Counted from the first letter of the stretch, positions 13,130 through 30,925 are shown. The stretch is DNA of 64,000 bases from the human T2T-CHM13v2.0 reference genome, Homo sapiens (GCF_009914755.1 NC_060929.1), one strand, 5' to 3'. Numbers and translations: made by a program. Notes: a model not told the origin generated them from the sequence alone.

Positions 13130-14191
13130 GTTGTCCGGTTCCAAGATGGCCAAATAGGAACAGCTCCAGTCTACAGTTCCCAGTGTGAGCGACGCAGAAG
13201 ATGGGTGATTTCTGCATTTCCAACTGAGGTACTAGGTTCATCTTACTGGGGCTTATCGGACAGTGGGTGCAGCCCATGGAGTGTGAGCCAAAGCAGGGCG
13301 GGGCATCGCCTCACCTGGGAAGTTCAAGGGGTCGGGGAATTCCCTTTCCTAGCCAAGGGAAGCTGTGACAGATGGTACCTGGAAAATCGGGACACTCCCA
13401 CCCTAGTACTGTGCTTTTCCAACAGTCTTAGCAAATGGCCCACCAGGAGATTATATCCCGCACCTGGCTCAGAGGGTCCCATGCCCATGGAGCCTCACTC
13501 ACTGCTAGCTTCACAGAGGAGAAGCTGAGCAGCTGACTGCTGAGATTGAACTGCAAAGTGGCAGTGAGGTCTGAGATTGAACTGCAAGGCGGCAGCGAGA
13601 CTGGGGGAAGGGTGTCCCCCATTGCTGAGGCTTGAGTAGCTAAACAAAGCAGCCAGGAAGCTCGAACTGGGTGGAGCCCACTGCAGCTCAAGGAGGCCTG
13701 CCTGCCTCTGTAGATGCCACCTCTGGGAGCAGGGCATAGCTGAACAAAAGGCAGCAGAAACTTCTGCTGACTTAAATGTCCCTGTCTGACAGCTTTGAAG
13801 AGAGTAGTGGTTCTCCCAGCACAGAGTTTGAGATCTGAGAACAGACAGACTGCCTCCTCAAGTGGGTCCCTGACCCCGGAGTAGCCTAACTGGGAGACAC
13901 CTCCCCGTAGGGGCTGACTTATACCTCATAAAGCTGGGTGCCCCTCTGAGACAAAGCTTCCAGAGGAAGAATCAGGAATCAGGCAGGAACATTTGTCATT
14001 CTGCAATATTTGCTCTTCTGCAGCCTCTGCTGGTGATACCCAGGCAAACAGGGTCTGGAGTGGACCTCCAGCAAACTCCAGCAGACCTGCAGCTGACTGT
14101 TAGAAAGAAAACTAACAGAAAGGACATCCACACCAAAACCTCATCTGTACATCACCATCATCAAAGACCAAAGGTATATAAAACCACAAAG
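13130..14191 (+). promoter_or_regulatory. L1 5'UTR (internal sense and antisense promoter region) with YY1 motif
   Basis: YY1 motif AAGATGGCC at 13143-13151. Promoter function is inferred from L1 biology; many CpGs have decayed. Confidence 0.7.
13428..13622 (-). pseudogene. L1 ORF0-homologous antisense ORF (64 aa), frameshifted by an insertion
   Basis: MGDTLPPVSLPPCSSISD matches the ORF0 N-terminus (MAGAPPPASLPPCSLISD), then diverges at the inserted segment. Confidence 0.6.
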
Positions 14192-15214
14192 ATGGGGAGA
14201 AACCAGAGCAGAAAAGCTGAAAATTCTAAAAATCAGAGCACCTCTTCTCCTCCAAAAGAACGCAGCTCCTCGCCAGCAACGGAACAAAGCTGGATGGAGA
14301 ATGACTTTGATGAGTTGAGAGAAGAAGGCTTCAGACAATCGGTAATAACAAACTTCTCTGAGCTAAAGGAGGATGTTCGAATCCATTGCAAAGAAGCTAA
14401 AAACCTTGAAAAAAGATTAGATGAATGGCTAACTAGAATAAATAGGGTAGAGAAGACCTTAGATGACGTGATGGAGCTGAAAACCATGGCATGAGAACTA
14501 CGTGATGCATGCACAAGCTTCAGTAGCCAATTTGATCAAGTGGAAGAAAGGGTATCATTGAAGACCAGATGAATGAAACGAAGCGAGAAGAGAAGTTTAG
14601 AGAAAAAAGAGTAAGAAGAAACAAACAAAGCCTCCAAGAAATACAGGACTATGTGAAAAGACCAAATCTATGTCTGATTGGTGTACCTGAAAGTGACGGG
14701 GAGAATGGAACCTAGTTGGAAAACACTCTTCAGGATATTATCCAGGAGAACTTCCACAACACAGTAAAGGCAGGCCAACATTCAAATTCAGGAAATCAAG
14801 AGAATGCCACAAAGACACTCCTCGAGAAGAGCAACTCCAAGACACATAGTTCTCAGATTCACCAAAGTTGAAATGAAGGAAAAAATGTTAAGGGCTGTCA
14901 GAGAGAAAGGTCGGGTTACGCACAAAGGGAAGCCCATCAGACTAACAGCAGATCTCTTGGCAGAAACTCTACAAGCCAGAAGAGAGTGGGGGCCAATATT
15001 CAACATCCTTAAAGAAAAGAGTTTTTAACCCACAATTTCATATCCAGCCAAACTAAGCTTCATAAGTGAATGAGAAATAAAATCCTTTACAGACAAGCAA
15101 ATGCTGAGAGATTTTGTCACCATCAGGCCTGCCTTACAAGAGCTCCTCAAGGAAGCGCTAAACATGGAAAGGAGCAGCCAGTACCAGCCACTGCAAAAAC
15201 ATGCCAAATTGTAA
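14192..15214 (+). pseudogene. L1 ORF1p remnant
   Basis: MGRNQSRKAENSKNQS... and RATPRHIVLRFTK...ARREWGPIFNILKEK; premature TGA at 14492 plus frameshifts. Confidence 0.93.
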
Positions 15215-15277
15215 AGGCCATGGATGCTAGGAAGAAACTGCATCAACTAACAAGCAAAATAAACAGCTAACATCATA

Positions 15278-19112
<3,835 letters not shown>

Positions 19113-20102
19113 ACAATCAGAACACTTGGACACAGGGTGGGGAACATCACACACCAGGGCCTGTTGTGGGGCGGGGAGGGGGGAGGGATAGCATTAGGAG
19201 ATATACCTAATGTAAATGATAAGTTAATGGGTGCAGCACACCAACATGGCACATGTATACATATGTAACAAACCTGCACATTGTGCACATGTACCCTAGA
19301 ATTTACAGTAAAAAAAAAAGTTTTATTCAAAACTTTATTACATGAGGATTGTAGAAATCAATTTTAAAGCCATTTGCCCCCCTTAATTTTTTTTGGTTTG
19401 AGATGCAAAATATAATTCATAAATCCATTAACTATGAACAGATAAACTGAAATTCATTTAGCTACGTTGGAAGCTAGGGTCTACTACAACCCCTCTTAGT
19501 TGTCGGGTCCCCACTCTCCTCTCCAGGTACTTGGAGTATACACTGTGACCATATATCTTATGGGCCAAGTGAGAGCACCAGTGCTCTCATTTTGTTTCTC
19601 ATTTTAAAAATAAAATAAATTAGAAGTCTGGTATTTTCATCTTTTGCCCCTATGAATCATCTTTCTTATCCTTTAATGAGCACAAATACAGAGAAAAGAG
19701 GAAGCAAATGTGGCTGAGAGATTAAGTAAACTAAGATTGGAGAATTACTCATAGAATTTAGCGGTGGAGGTATTGATGACCCTTTGAGCTATTCAGTGGA
19801 GTAGAGGCAAAAAATACACTGAATGGAGAGCATAGAGGAGAGTATGGGAGGAAGAAAGATATAAGTAGTATAATCAATTGTAAGAGGGAGATTTTCTGTG
19901 AATAGAAAGTAAATAAATGTTGCAATAGCTACATGGGGTGTGAAGATATTTTGTTTTAAAAGATGTGTGAGATAAATGTATGCATGCATGTATATGTCTT
20001 TTACCTATGTGACCTGTCTGAAAAGCAGTTTTAGCTTTCAATTGATTCTCTGTTGCTTGTGTCATAATGTTACTGAGAGGATCATAGTAGACTGGAACAA
20101 CC

Positions 20103-20407
20103 TTTTTTTTTTTTTTTTTTGGTACAGGGTCTTATTCAGTTGTTCAGGCTGGAGTGTGAGTGCTATGGTGCTATGTCAGCTCACTGAAACCTCTGCCTCC
20201 CGGGCTCAAGTGATACTTCCACCTCAGCCTCCTGAGTAGCTGGAACAATAGGAATAAACCACCATGCCAGGCTAACGTTTGGTAATTTTTGTAGAGATAG
20301 GTTTTCACTATGTTGTCCAGGCTGGTCTGGAACTCCTGAGCTCAAGCAATCTGCCTGCCTCAGCCTCCCAAAGTGCTGGGTTTACAGGTGTGAGCCACTG
20401 TGCCTGG
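20103..20407 (-). mobile_element. AluJ element
   Basis: Poly(T) followed by a diverged dimer with J-type 'ctcctgagctcaagcaatctgcc'. Confidence 0.9.
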
Positions 20408-20679
20408 CAGGAATATCCTTCTAATAGATAAATTTCAATTTTAAATGATGGGCTTTCTTGTGTGTTCTCATATTTCTTCATATACTTATAATTTTCAGAT
20501 AAATTATGTTTTGATATAGCCTTCAGGGCAATATTCTCAGAGGCAAGAGCAACTTGGAAAACAAGTATCTTCCTCCACACCAATAGCACAGTTGATATTA
20601 CCATGACTGTGGCATGATCTGGCATGATCTCAGAAACACCAATACTGTTGCTTAACCACTGCTAGAAGTAATAGTTTAT

Positions 20680-21806
20680 TATAAAAACCCTGGAATATAA
20701 CCTAAGCAATACCATTCAGGACATAGGCACAGGCAAAGATTTTATGAGAAAGACGCCAAAAGCAATTGTAACAAAAGCAAAAATTGACAAATGGAATCTA
20801 ATTAAACTAAAGAGCTTCTGCACAGCAAAAGAAACTATCAGCAGAGTAAACAGACAACCTACAGAATGGGAGAAAAGATTTGCAAACTATGCATCTGACA
20901 AAAGTTTAATACCCAGCATCTATAAGGAACTTAAACAAATTGACAAGAAAAAAAGCAAACAATCCAATTGAAAAGTGGGCAAAGAATATGAACAGGCACT
21001 TTTCAAAAGAAGACATATATGTGGCCAACAAACATATGAAAAAAAAGCCCAATGTTGCTAATCATTAGAGAAATGCAAATCAAAACCACAATGAGTTACC
21101 ATCTCACACCAGTCAGAATGGCTACTACTAAAAAGTCAGCAAATAACAGATGCTGGTGAGGTTGTGGAGAAGAAGGAATGCTTATACACTGTTTGTGGGA
21201 GTATAAATTCATTTAGCTATTGTGGAAGACAGTGTGGCTATTCCTCAAAGACTTAAAGACAAATACTATTTGACTAATCCCATTACTCAGTATACACCCA
21301 AAGGAATATAAATTATTACATTATAAAAACATGCATGTGTATGTTCATTGCAGCACTATTCATGATAGCAAAGACATGGAATCGACCTAAATGCCCATTA
21401 ATGATAGACTGGATAAGGAAAATGTTGTGTATATACACTATGAAATACTATGCAGTCATAAAAAAGAATGAGACCATGTTCTTTGCAGGGACATGGATGG
21501 AGCTGGAGGCCATTATCCTTAGCAAACTAACACTGGAACAGAAAACCTAATACCACATATTCTCACTTATAAGTGGGAACTAAACAATGAGAATACCTGG
21601 ACACATAGAGAACAACATACACTGGTGCCTATTGGAGAGTGGAGGGTGGAAGGAGGGAGAGGATCAGGAAAAATAACTAGTGGTTACTCAGTTTAATACC
21701 TGGATGATGAAATAACTTGTATAATAATCCCTCATGACACAAGTTTACCTATGTAGCAAACCTGAACTTGTGACACTCCCACCCCAAACTTAAAAGTTAA
21801 AAAAGA
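20680..21806 (+). mobile_element. 5'-truncated L1PA (L1PA13-like)
   Basis: ORF2 C-terminus and 3'UTR; 16-bp TSD agaagtaatagtttat (20664-20679) / agaaataatagtttat (21807-21822). Confidence 0.92.
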
Positions 21807-24284
21807 AGAAATAATAGTTTATGTTGGCAGATTCTCTTCAATGGTAAAGTAGCAACATGAAATAGCCCTGTTCATGATTCGCTGGTCTGGGAGCATTTTT
21901 CAGCTAATGTCAGTGAAACTGATAGGAGAAGCTGCTATGCAGAAGCAGAAAGAAGTCATCCTGATTCTTTCCTGTGGAGACAGATGACTTTAACAACTGC
22001 TGTAATTGTTCTAGATTAAAATCATTGCTTCTGTGTTCTAGCTACAGAATTCAGGTCTGTACTTTGTTTATTCACTTTGATTTGTCCAAAACTGTGCATA
22101 GACACTCTGGAAGACTCCACGTAGCCATTTAGAGTCACTAAGAGGGCTCACATGATGTATATTTTATCCAAGAGAAAATTGACAGATTATACCAATATGA
22201 CAGCAACTTGCATCTAATGCTAAAATAGAAATTAAACCTGCAATTTTAGTCATTGTAAGGTCTATAAATTACTTCACAGATATTTCAAAAAGCTTTATAG
22301 TAATGTGAAAAATACACCAATTATTATACTGTAGAGACACTTATTGGATAGAAGATCTCCATTTATTGCTTTGTCCGTAAGAAAAATGATAAAAAATCAA
22401 CATGATAATAGAACAAATGTATAACTTGGGAAATAGCTTCTGAAACCCATGAATTATACTTTGCTTAACTTGTTTTTCTTTTTTACCTATTGCTTGATAT
22501 TACCAGTTAGTGAATATCACCAAAAGAAGGCAAAGAGAGGAGAAAAAAATAGAAAAGCAGTTGAATAAATAGCAAATGGAAAAATGTATTTGCATTTAGA
22601 TATACTTACTTCCATATAAAGGATATACTAAGCATGCCTTTATGTGTTCATGTCAAGATTATTAAAATTTTCAAAATTCTAAGATCGTTCATTGTGATTT
22701 TATAATACCTATCTAAATATAATAAAAGATATCACGGCAAATGTATCTCTGTACAATTAACTATTTTACAAGCCCCATCTGCTGGCCTAGTCATTTTAAA
22801 CAGCATTCAAAGCAACCAAAATCCAAGGACAAACTAAGAATGACAGATACTTCCTTGAAGTTTATTTTCATATGATATAACCAGTAGCTAAGACTAAATC
22901 TCACCTCATTGACTTGTTATTGCCTCTTCAAAACCGTTGCCTTAACAGAACATCAAACACAGTAGTGACTGAGAATAAGGGCGTAGTAAACTGCTCCCAG
23001 AATCTGAAGTATAAGTCTATTAAGAGTAATGCGTAATAGATGAGATTCGCCAAGAAAGGTTTTCTAAATATGTCACTGAGAGACTTGGGTTTACTGTGGT
23101 GTAGAATAAAGCAGGCATGGATGAAGTACGAATATAATTTTAAAAAGCTGAAGTCTCAATCAGCCGTACTCTATGCCAGCTAAAGATGAATGTTATTAAC
23201 AGATAGGGAGTAGTTTTGCCAAAAATCTAGACAAGAGGAGTTCAACCTTTTTGTGTATCTCCACCCTGAAAGGGAAGAGTCCTAACAGCCACATCGGCTT
23301 TCTGGCTCTGCACATGCACCTCTGTGTCAGCAATGGATGCTTTAGCTAACCCAGCTCAGTGGCCTATCAAGCAGTGTATCCTCTTAGTTTGATTCTACAA
23401 TTGTTAAGCAAAAGTCTGTGGATTTAGTTACATAATTTTTGTTAGGGAGACAAGTAACCGATCCTCCTTTCCCCAACATTAAATAAATTAATTGAATAAT
23501 TCAACAAATAGTTATTGTCTATTTGATATCTAGGTCTAGATCTGTATTACTCAATGACATAAGCATAGCCTGCCTTCTTGGAGCTTATAAAATATTCTTG
23601 CCAATTAGTGTTTATCATTATTAAAAAAACTTTGACATGCTTGACTTATTTAGACTCTTAATTTACTTAGTGTAAATCAGTCACCCTAACTTGGATTACT
23701 CTGTGAACATTGCTAAAAAAATAAGTTTTTAGAGATGCAGTTGAGAAGAGGATTCTTGACGGTAATGTCCTCCAAATAGTTGCAAGGAACACAGGTATTA
23801 TCTGCACAGCCAGCTTGTCACATTCAATGACATCTCTCCCGTTTCTTCCTGTCTGAAACAAATACTATTTTCAGAAGTGATCATAAGACAAGACTCCAAA
23901 TGGAGCATGTCAAAAAATGAAAATGATCTTCATGACACTATTCCTAAGTAGAATAACATAAGGGAAATGTATTGATACTCATATTTTTTACACAAAACAG
24001 AATGAATACAAAGAAATCACATTTTATGTATCTTATTTGGTTTAAAAAGATTCACTTTATTTCTCCATCTATACAATCAAAGCAAAACTGTGACTTTAAA
24101 TTAGTTTCCTTAAAATAATTTTGTTTATAATTTCAGGTCTTTTAAAGTGTTATATATATATACATTTTTAAAATTCAGCTAAATACTTCAAATTATTTTC
24201 ATTTTCTAAGCAGGTAAAAGAGAGTTAAATATTAGTTACATTTTGAAAAAATCATATATACATTTTTTATATAGTCAACTCTTT

Positions 24285-25721
24285 TCTTGAACTTTAAAAT
24301 TTCAGGGTACATGTGCAGGATGTGCAGGTTTATTACATAGGTAAATGTGTGCCATTGTGGTTTGCTGCACCTATCAACCCACCATCTAGGTATTATGGCC
24401 CACATGCATTAGCTATTTATCTAGATATTCAGGTTTATTACATAGGTAAACGTGTGCCATGGTGGTCTGCTGCACCTATCAACCCATCACCTAGGTATTA
24501 AGCCCTACAAGCATTAGCTATTTATCCTGATCCTCCCCCTCCCCCCACCCCCGATAGGCACCAGTGCATGTTGTTCCCCTCCCTGTGTCCCTGTGTTCTC
24601 ACTGTTCAGCTCCCACTTCTAAGTGAAAACATGTGGTGTTTGGTTTTCTGTTCCTGAGTGAGTTTGCTGAGGATAATCGCTTCCAACTCCATCCATGTCT
24701 CTGGAAAGGACATGAGCCTGTTCCTTTTTATGGTTGTATAGTAATCTATGGTGTATATGTACCACATTTTCTTTATCCAGTCTATCATTGATGGGCATTT
24801 GGGTTGATTCCATGTGTTTGTTATTGTGAATAGTGCTGCAATGAATATATGTGTGCATGTATCTTTAGAATAGAATTATTTATATTCCTTGGGGTATATA
24901 CCCAATAATATGATTGCTGGGTCAAATGGTATTTCTGCCTCTAGATCTTTGAGGAATAGCCACACTGTTTTCTACAATGATTGAACTAATTTATACTCCC
25001 ACCAACAGTGTAAAAGCATTTCTTTTTCTCCTCAACCTTGCCAGCATCTGTTGTTTTTTGACTTTTTATTAAAAGCCATTCTGACTGGCATGAGATGGTA
25101 TTTCCTTGTGGTTTTGATTTGCATTTCTCTGGTGATCAGCAATGTTGATCTGTTTTTTTTTTTCAATATGTTTGTTGGCTTCATGTATGTTTTCTTTTGA
25201 GAAGTGTCTGCTCATTTCCTTTGCCTGCTTTTTAATGGGATCGTTTGTTTGTTTCTTGTAAATGTAAGTTCCTTATAGATGCTGGGTATTAAACTTTTGT
25301 CAGATGCATAGGTTGCAAACATTTTCTCCCATTCTGTAGGTTGCCTGTTCACTCTGCTGATAGTTTCTTTTGCTGTGCAGAAGCTCTTTAGTTTAATAGA
25401 TTCCATTTGCCAGTTTTTGCTTTTGTTGCAGTTGCTTTTGGTGTTTTTGTCATGAAATCTTTGCCTATGTCTATGTGCTGAATGGTATTGCCTAGTTTTT
25501 CTTCTAGGATTTTTGTAGTTTTGGGTTTTACATTTAAATCTTTAATCCATCTTGAGTTAATTTTTGTATATGGTATAAGGAAGGGGTCCAGTTTCAATTT
25601 TCTGCATATGCCTAGCCAGTTCTCCCATCACCATTTATTAAATAGAGAACGCTTTTCCCATTGCTTCTTTTTGTCAGGTTTGTCGAATATCGGATGGTTT
25701 TAGGTGTGTGGTCTAATTTCC
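24285..25721 (-). mobile_element. 5'-truncated L1PA (L1PA8-12-like) with internal tandem duplication
   Basis: Minus-strand ORF2 peptides ([24 protein letters not shown]) plus 3'UTR. Confidence 0.92.
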
Positions 25722-26394
25722 TTTCAGGAGTTTTGCCTGGCCTTGTCAACCCATTTAGTTTACTTTGTCTAATTTCTGAAGGAATATATATTTTTTATTA
25801 CTACTGATTTAGAATTTGGCATAAGTTGTATTTATTGATTTATATGTCCCATCTCATAAAATTAAATAAGATATTAACAAAGAAGGGTCCTACTAAATTA
25901 TTGGTGGAAGTGGGAGCCTATGACATTGGTGGCCTGAGGAACCTGGACCTGAGGAGGGGTAAGCTGACTTAAGATTTCAGGGCATTTCTCTGCTTTCTTC
26001 AGAGATTTCTAGATTCTAGACTAAGCAGTACTTTGCAAACATCACTGTATCTATTGAATACTTAGAATTGCGAAAGAATATTCTTGTTTTATTTTTTACA
26101 GATTTCTTATGTTACAATAGAACAATATCATAATATAGTACTATTACTTTTATTTTGTGGATATGATAAAATACTATTTATCCATCAATGAAAATTTCTA
26201 TGTTTATAATCCACCTGCAATTTTCTGATTGGGGGAGTAGTGGTATAATTAGTGAGGCAGATAAAAAGGCTAGAGGTGGGAAGGATATTAAGAATGACGT
26301 TGGGGCTCCAAAGAGCTGCTACTTCTCTCCCTAACATTTCTGTTAGGATACAGATTCCTTTGGTTTTAAGGGTACCCCATAGCCTCTGGCACAT

Positions 26395-26840
26395 CATATG
26401 CAGTTTGAGTCCCCTGAAAGCAGAGCTAGAGGCAAGGACTTAGGTGAGGCAGTTTATTTGTGAGGTGATACCAGGATTCAATAGTTGGGGAGTGGAGAGT
26501 GTAGAGAGGAAAAGAGGAAAAGTTAGTATAGGGTGCATTATGGAGATTGCTCCCTCAGGCCACAGGGGCTTGCCCCATGTGTCTGTCTGGGAAACAGGAC
26601 AGAGCATTTGCCCATCCAATCCCGTCTTCTGCAGCTTAAAGTTTGCCCTAGATACATTAACTCCTTGCTCCTTCTGGGTTTTGCTTGCAGGCAGGGTTTT
26701 TTTTTTTTTTGTATTTCCTCAGTAGTGGAGAAGATTCTGGTGTGTGGTAGGAACCTGGAAGTGCCAGGTGTCTGGACTCTGTCCTACAAATGTGGGTTAA
26801 AGAGGAATGTGTTAAGGCCCAAGAGGCATTTGCTACATAT
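26395..26840 (-). mobile_element. LTR16-like ERVL LTR relic
   Basis: 'aagcagagctagaggcaaggacttaggtgaggcagtttatttgtgaggtgataccagg' resembles the LTR16 reverse complement. Confidence 0.5.
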
Positions 26841-27122
26841 CTCCTTGAAGAAATCATGGTTTTCAAATTGATGCCTCTGAGAAAGAACTGGTTCAAGAAG
26901 GTACATTTTAGGTGAATGAAGGATTGAGAGCAATGCTTTTTAATCTAGTCTCCTTTGAGCATCTCCTGAAGGGCTGAGAGCCATCTAAAAGAGTAACTTT
27001 AGATCATCAACATCTTATCTTAATCCAACCAAACAGGTTTGGCCCAAGTTTATCCGTTGTACATATTGAGTTTCTGAATGAGCTTTTGTTCTAATGCTAA
27101 GAAATGATTTGACAACCACAAA

Positions 27123-27310
27123 ATGTAGTGATTGTGAATTTGGACTACAAGCCTGAGTGCGATCATTTAGCAACTGTATCAACATTGGGCAAGTTATTTA
27201 AACCTCAATTTTCTGTCCCTTTGACATATACTTTTTTGTGAAGATGATTTTGCCTAATGCATGGGAAGGACTTAGCACAGGGCCTGGAACAGAGTTAAAC
27301 CTGCAATTAA
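27123..27310 (+). mobile_element. MIR relic
   Basis: 'ttgggcaagttatttaaacctcaattttc...cttagcacagggcctggaacagag'. Confidence 0.6.
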
Positions 27311-28639
27311 CCTGACAGGAAGTTTTGAGCAAATGGAAGGCTTGGAAACCTGAAGGTTTTTGATGCTCTATGGATCAAGGCAGGTAAAAAGGAAAATCAA
27401 AATTATGCTCTTAGGAACTGCCTAACATAGCATAGGAACTGCCTATGCTGTTAGGAACACCGCCTGGGAATGACACTGGTTATGGGTGTCTAAGCATTGG
27501 AGATATTGAAGAATTTTAAGCTTGACAAAGTCAACATCCATAACTTACATGTACTCTATACTTTAAAAAATGTGCAGTCTTTTAATAATGCTATTGGGTC
27601 AATTGCCTTCTTCAAACATTAGAATCATTTTAAAGATACAGTCTATGCACATAGTCTTGTATGGCTGTATATTTATAGCTGGTGGAGAGGATTTCTTTTA
27701 GTAGATGTTGATGGTTATGCAGTCAGTTATTCCATAATATTTATTAAATCACTTTGGCTTTGAATATGTATTTATCATATTTGCTTTCGTTTTATGTCTA
27801 TTGTAATCCCATTTGAACCAAATTGGAGGGTAAATTAATGTTCTATATAGGCAAACTCATTTGGACAAAATGGCTAGAAAAGACATTATTTTCTGAATAC
27901 TGAAACCAGATCTGAATATTTAATGTTGCTTTAAAATTTTTATTCTTCCAATTTTATCTTTGAATGTTCCTTTTATTTTTCTTAGACTTTGGGATGGTAA
28001 CCGTAATTTCTATTTCCAAGCTTTCTTGTGTTAATTATATTGTAAGTTTCTTCTATAAAAAAGTAACACAGTATTAAATTTAAAGGAAATTATCAAATGG
28101 TTTTCCTTAAATGAAACAATACATATAAAATACGTTCAATTCCAATGAAATGCATATAAAATATGTTTCAATTCCAATGAAAAAAGTTTTTTTTCAGTAA
28201 ATAGAATAATATGTATATAATAAACCATTTCTTCATATAATTAGGCATGGTCTTACAAATATTGAAGACATAGGTTGCTGGTTACAGAGTTCCTCAGTCA
28301 TCTGCATTATCATAAGATCTCATGTAACATATTTTGCTACTGCATATATACATTTAATCTTTGCACTGTTCTTCACATATAGTATCTCACTAATACATCA
28401 TCCTATGCAATAGGTATTATTTCACCCATATTTAAAAGAGCAAATAATATCACACAAAATAAAATAATTAACTCAATGTTACATTGATAGCATGTGTCAA
28501 AGACAAAGTCTGAACCTACATCTGTCTGACTTGTGAGCAACAATTTTAGTACACATCTCTTAAAGAGAAGAGATTAAATTTGAAAACCAATTTCAATATT
28601 TTTGAGGTCATTTTGTTATAGCCATTTAGGCTAAATTAA

Positions 28640-28991
<352 letters not shown>

Positions 28992-29929
28992 TTGCTGATT
29001 TATTTTTTGTATAAAAAGAAATATCAGACCATTTAGTGTATCAATTTTAGGACAAGTTTTAGATGGGAACATCCTAAGCATTTATTCATTATGTGATAAT
29101 GTATTAAGTACCTCCTGCGTCAGAACCTTTGTAATTTCTGGGAATATAGGGATGAAAGCCATGTATTCTGATATCCAAGATTTCATAGTACAGCAAAGTA
29201 TATAGATAAGAAAGGGACCAGACCATTGTATAAGTAGATGGCACACCCTGTGATAGAGGGATAAGTGTGATTGATGTATACACAGGTGAAACAAGCTATG
29301 AAAAATTATTTTCCAAAGGCAGAAATAGTGTAATATGGATACTTCAGCACTGTCTAGTTGAGGAGACCTATGACTGTCTTGAGGAGTGTCACCTTGGAGC
29401 AGTTCATAAAGTTCAGAAAAATAATGGGGCAATTATTCATGTCACTTCTGGCTGATCCAAGAGCATTGATGGAAGGCACTCACCAGACATCAACTAGAAA
29501 GCTAAGATGTCTCTTTATCACAGAGCAAGTGATGGGCAGTCTATAGACTTTGCTTCAACTTGCACACATTTCTTAGTATGGACCATAGGTGGGTTTGGCA
29601 GTATCTTATTGCTGAATTCCTTCTTCCTACCTACTGGCTCCCTCCACCCCACCAGGTTTATTGGCTTTGTGCTAGATCTCATTACCAATCCAACTCCTTT
29701 TTCTCTCCCAGCCAGAAAGACTGTCATGTGGTCTCTTGGAGAGAGGCTCATTTAGTTCATCCTCATATTCTTGCTAGGCTGTTTTAATAACAAAAACACA
29801 CCAGTGCCAAGCTTCCTTCTGTGCCTTCCCCTGAGACTCAAGGGAACTTTCTTCTGTCAAGAAAAAATATGCATCTTGCAAATCAAAATCTTCATACTCG
29901 AATCTCTTATTTGCTATAAATTAAAATCT

Positions 29930-30643
29930 CAGTGAGATAACATCTTACCCCAGCCAGAATGGCCATTATTAAAAAGTCAAAAAACAATAAACGTTGCCAT
30001 GAATGTGGTGAAAAGGGAACTTATATACCATTGGTAGGAATGTAAATTAGTACAACCTCTATGGAAAACAATTTAGACATTTCTTAAATAATTAAAAGTA
30101 GATCTACCATTCAATCCAGTAATCCTACTACTGGGCCTCTACCCAAAGGAAAAGAAGCCATTGTATCAAAAAGATACCTACACATGTATGTTCATCACAG
30201 CACAATTCACAACTGCAAAGACATGGAACCAACCTAACTGCCTATCAACCAATGAGTGGATAAAAAAATGTGGTATATATACACCATGGAATATTACTCA
30301 GCCATAAAAAGAACAAAATAGTCTATTTTGCAGTTACTTGGGTGGTGCTAGAAACCGTTATTCTAAGGGAAGTAACTCAGGAATGGAAAGCCACATATTC
30401 TATGTTCTCACTTATAAGTGGGAGCTAAGCTATGGGTATGCAAAGGCATACAGAGTGTTATAATGGACATTGGAGACTCAGAAATGGGAAGGTGGGAGGC
30501 GGTTGAAGGACAGAAAACTACATATTGAGTATAATGTACACCACTCAGGTGATGGTTACAGTAAAATCTCAGACTTCACCACTATACAATTCATCCACAT
30601 ATCCAAAACTCACTTGTACCTCAAAAGCTATTGAAAAATAAAA
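29930..30643 (+). mobile_element. L1PB-type 3' fragment
   Basis: 3'UTR 'ggcatacagagtg..ataatggacattggagactcag...cagacttcaccactatacaattcatcc...aagctattgaaaaata'. Confidence 0.85.
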
Positions 30644-30925
30644 CCAATTCTTATTTGTGATACTGACTTCAGAAGCCTATTTTGTGGATGCTGCTGATGG
30701 GTACTAAAAACAGAAGGAAAGAGAACACTACTACAAATAATTACTTATTTTTGTCTTATGAAAGTAACTTCTGTAGATAATTTTTAAAATCAAATAGTTC
30801 TACAAATTTTAGGATGAAATACAGTAGTCCCTTGCTACTCCCTCCGCATTCCCCGGATTCTTTAGATGCAACCATTTTCAACTAATTCTTTTGTTATTTA
30901 CATGTTTCAAAATAATCCCAATCAC

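Noticed and set aside
19166-19188. G-quadruplex-like G-tracts (also C-tracts at about 48025 and 53093)
   Set aside because: This is the standard polypurine tract of the L1 3'UTR.
28109-28182. About 32-bp tandem duplication (also a 21-bp one at about 40220-40258 and (AAAAC)n at 15478-15502)
   Set aside because: Ordinary slippage duplications with no further structure.
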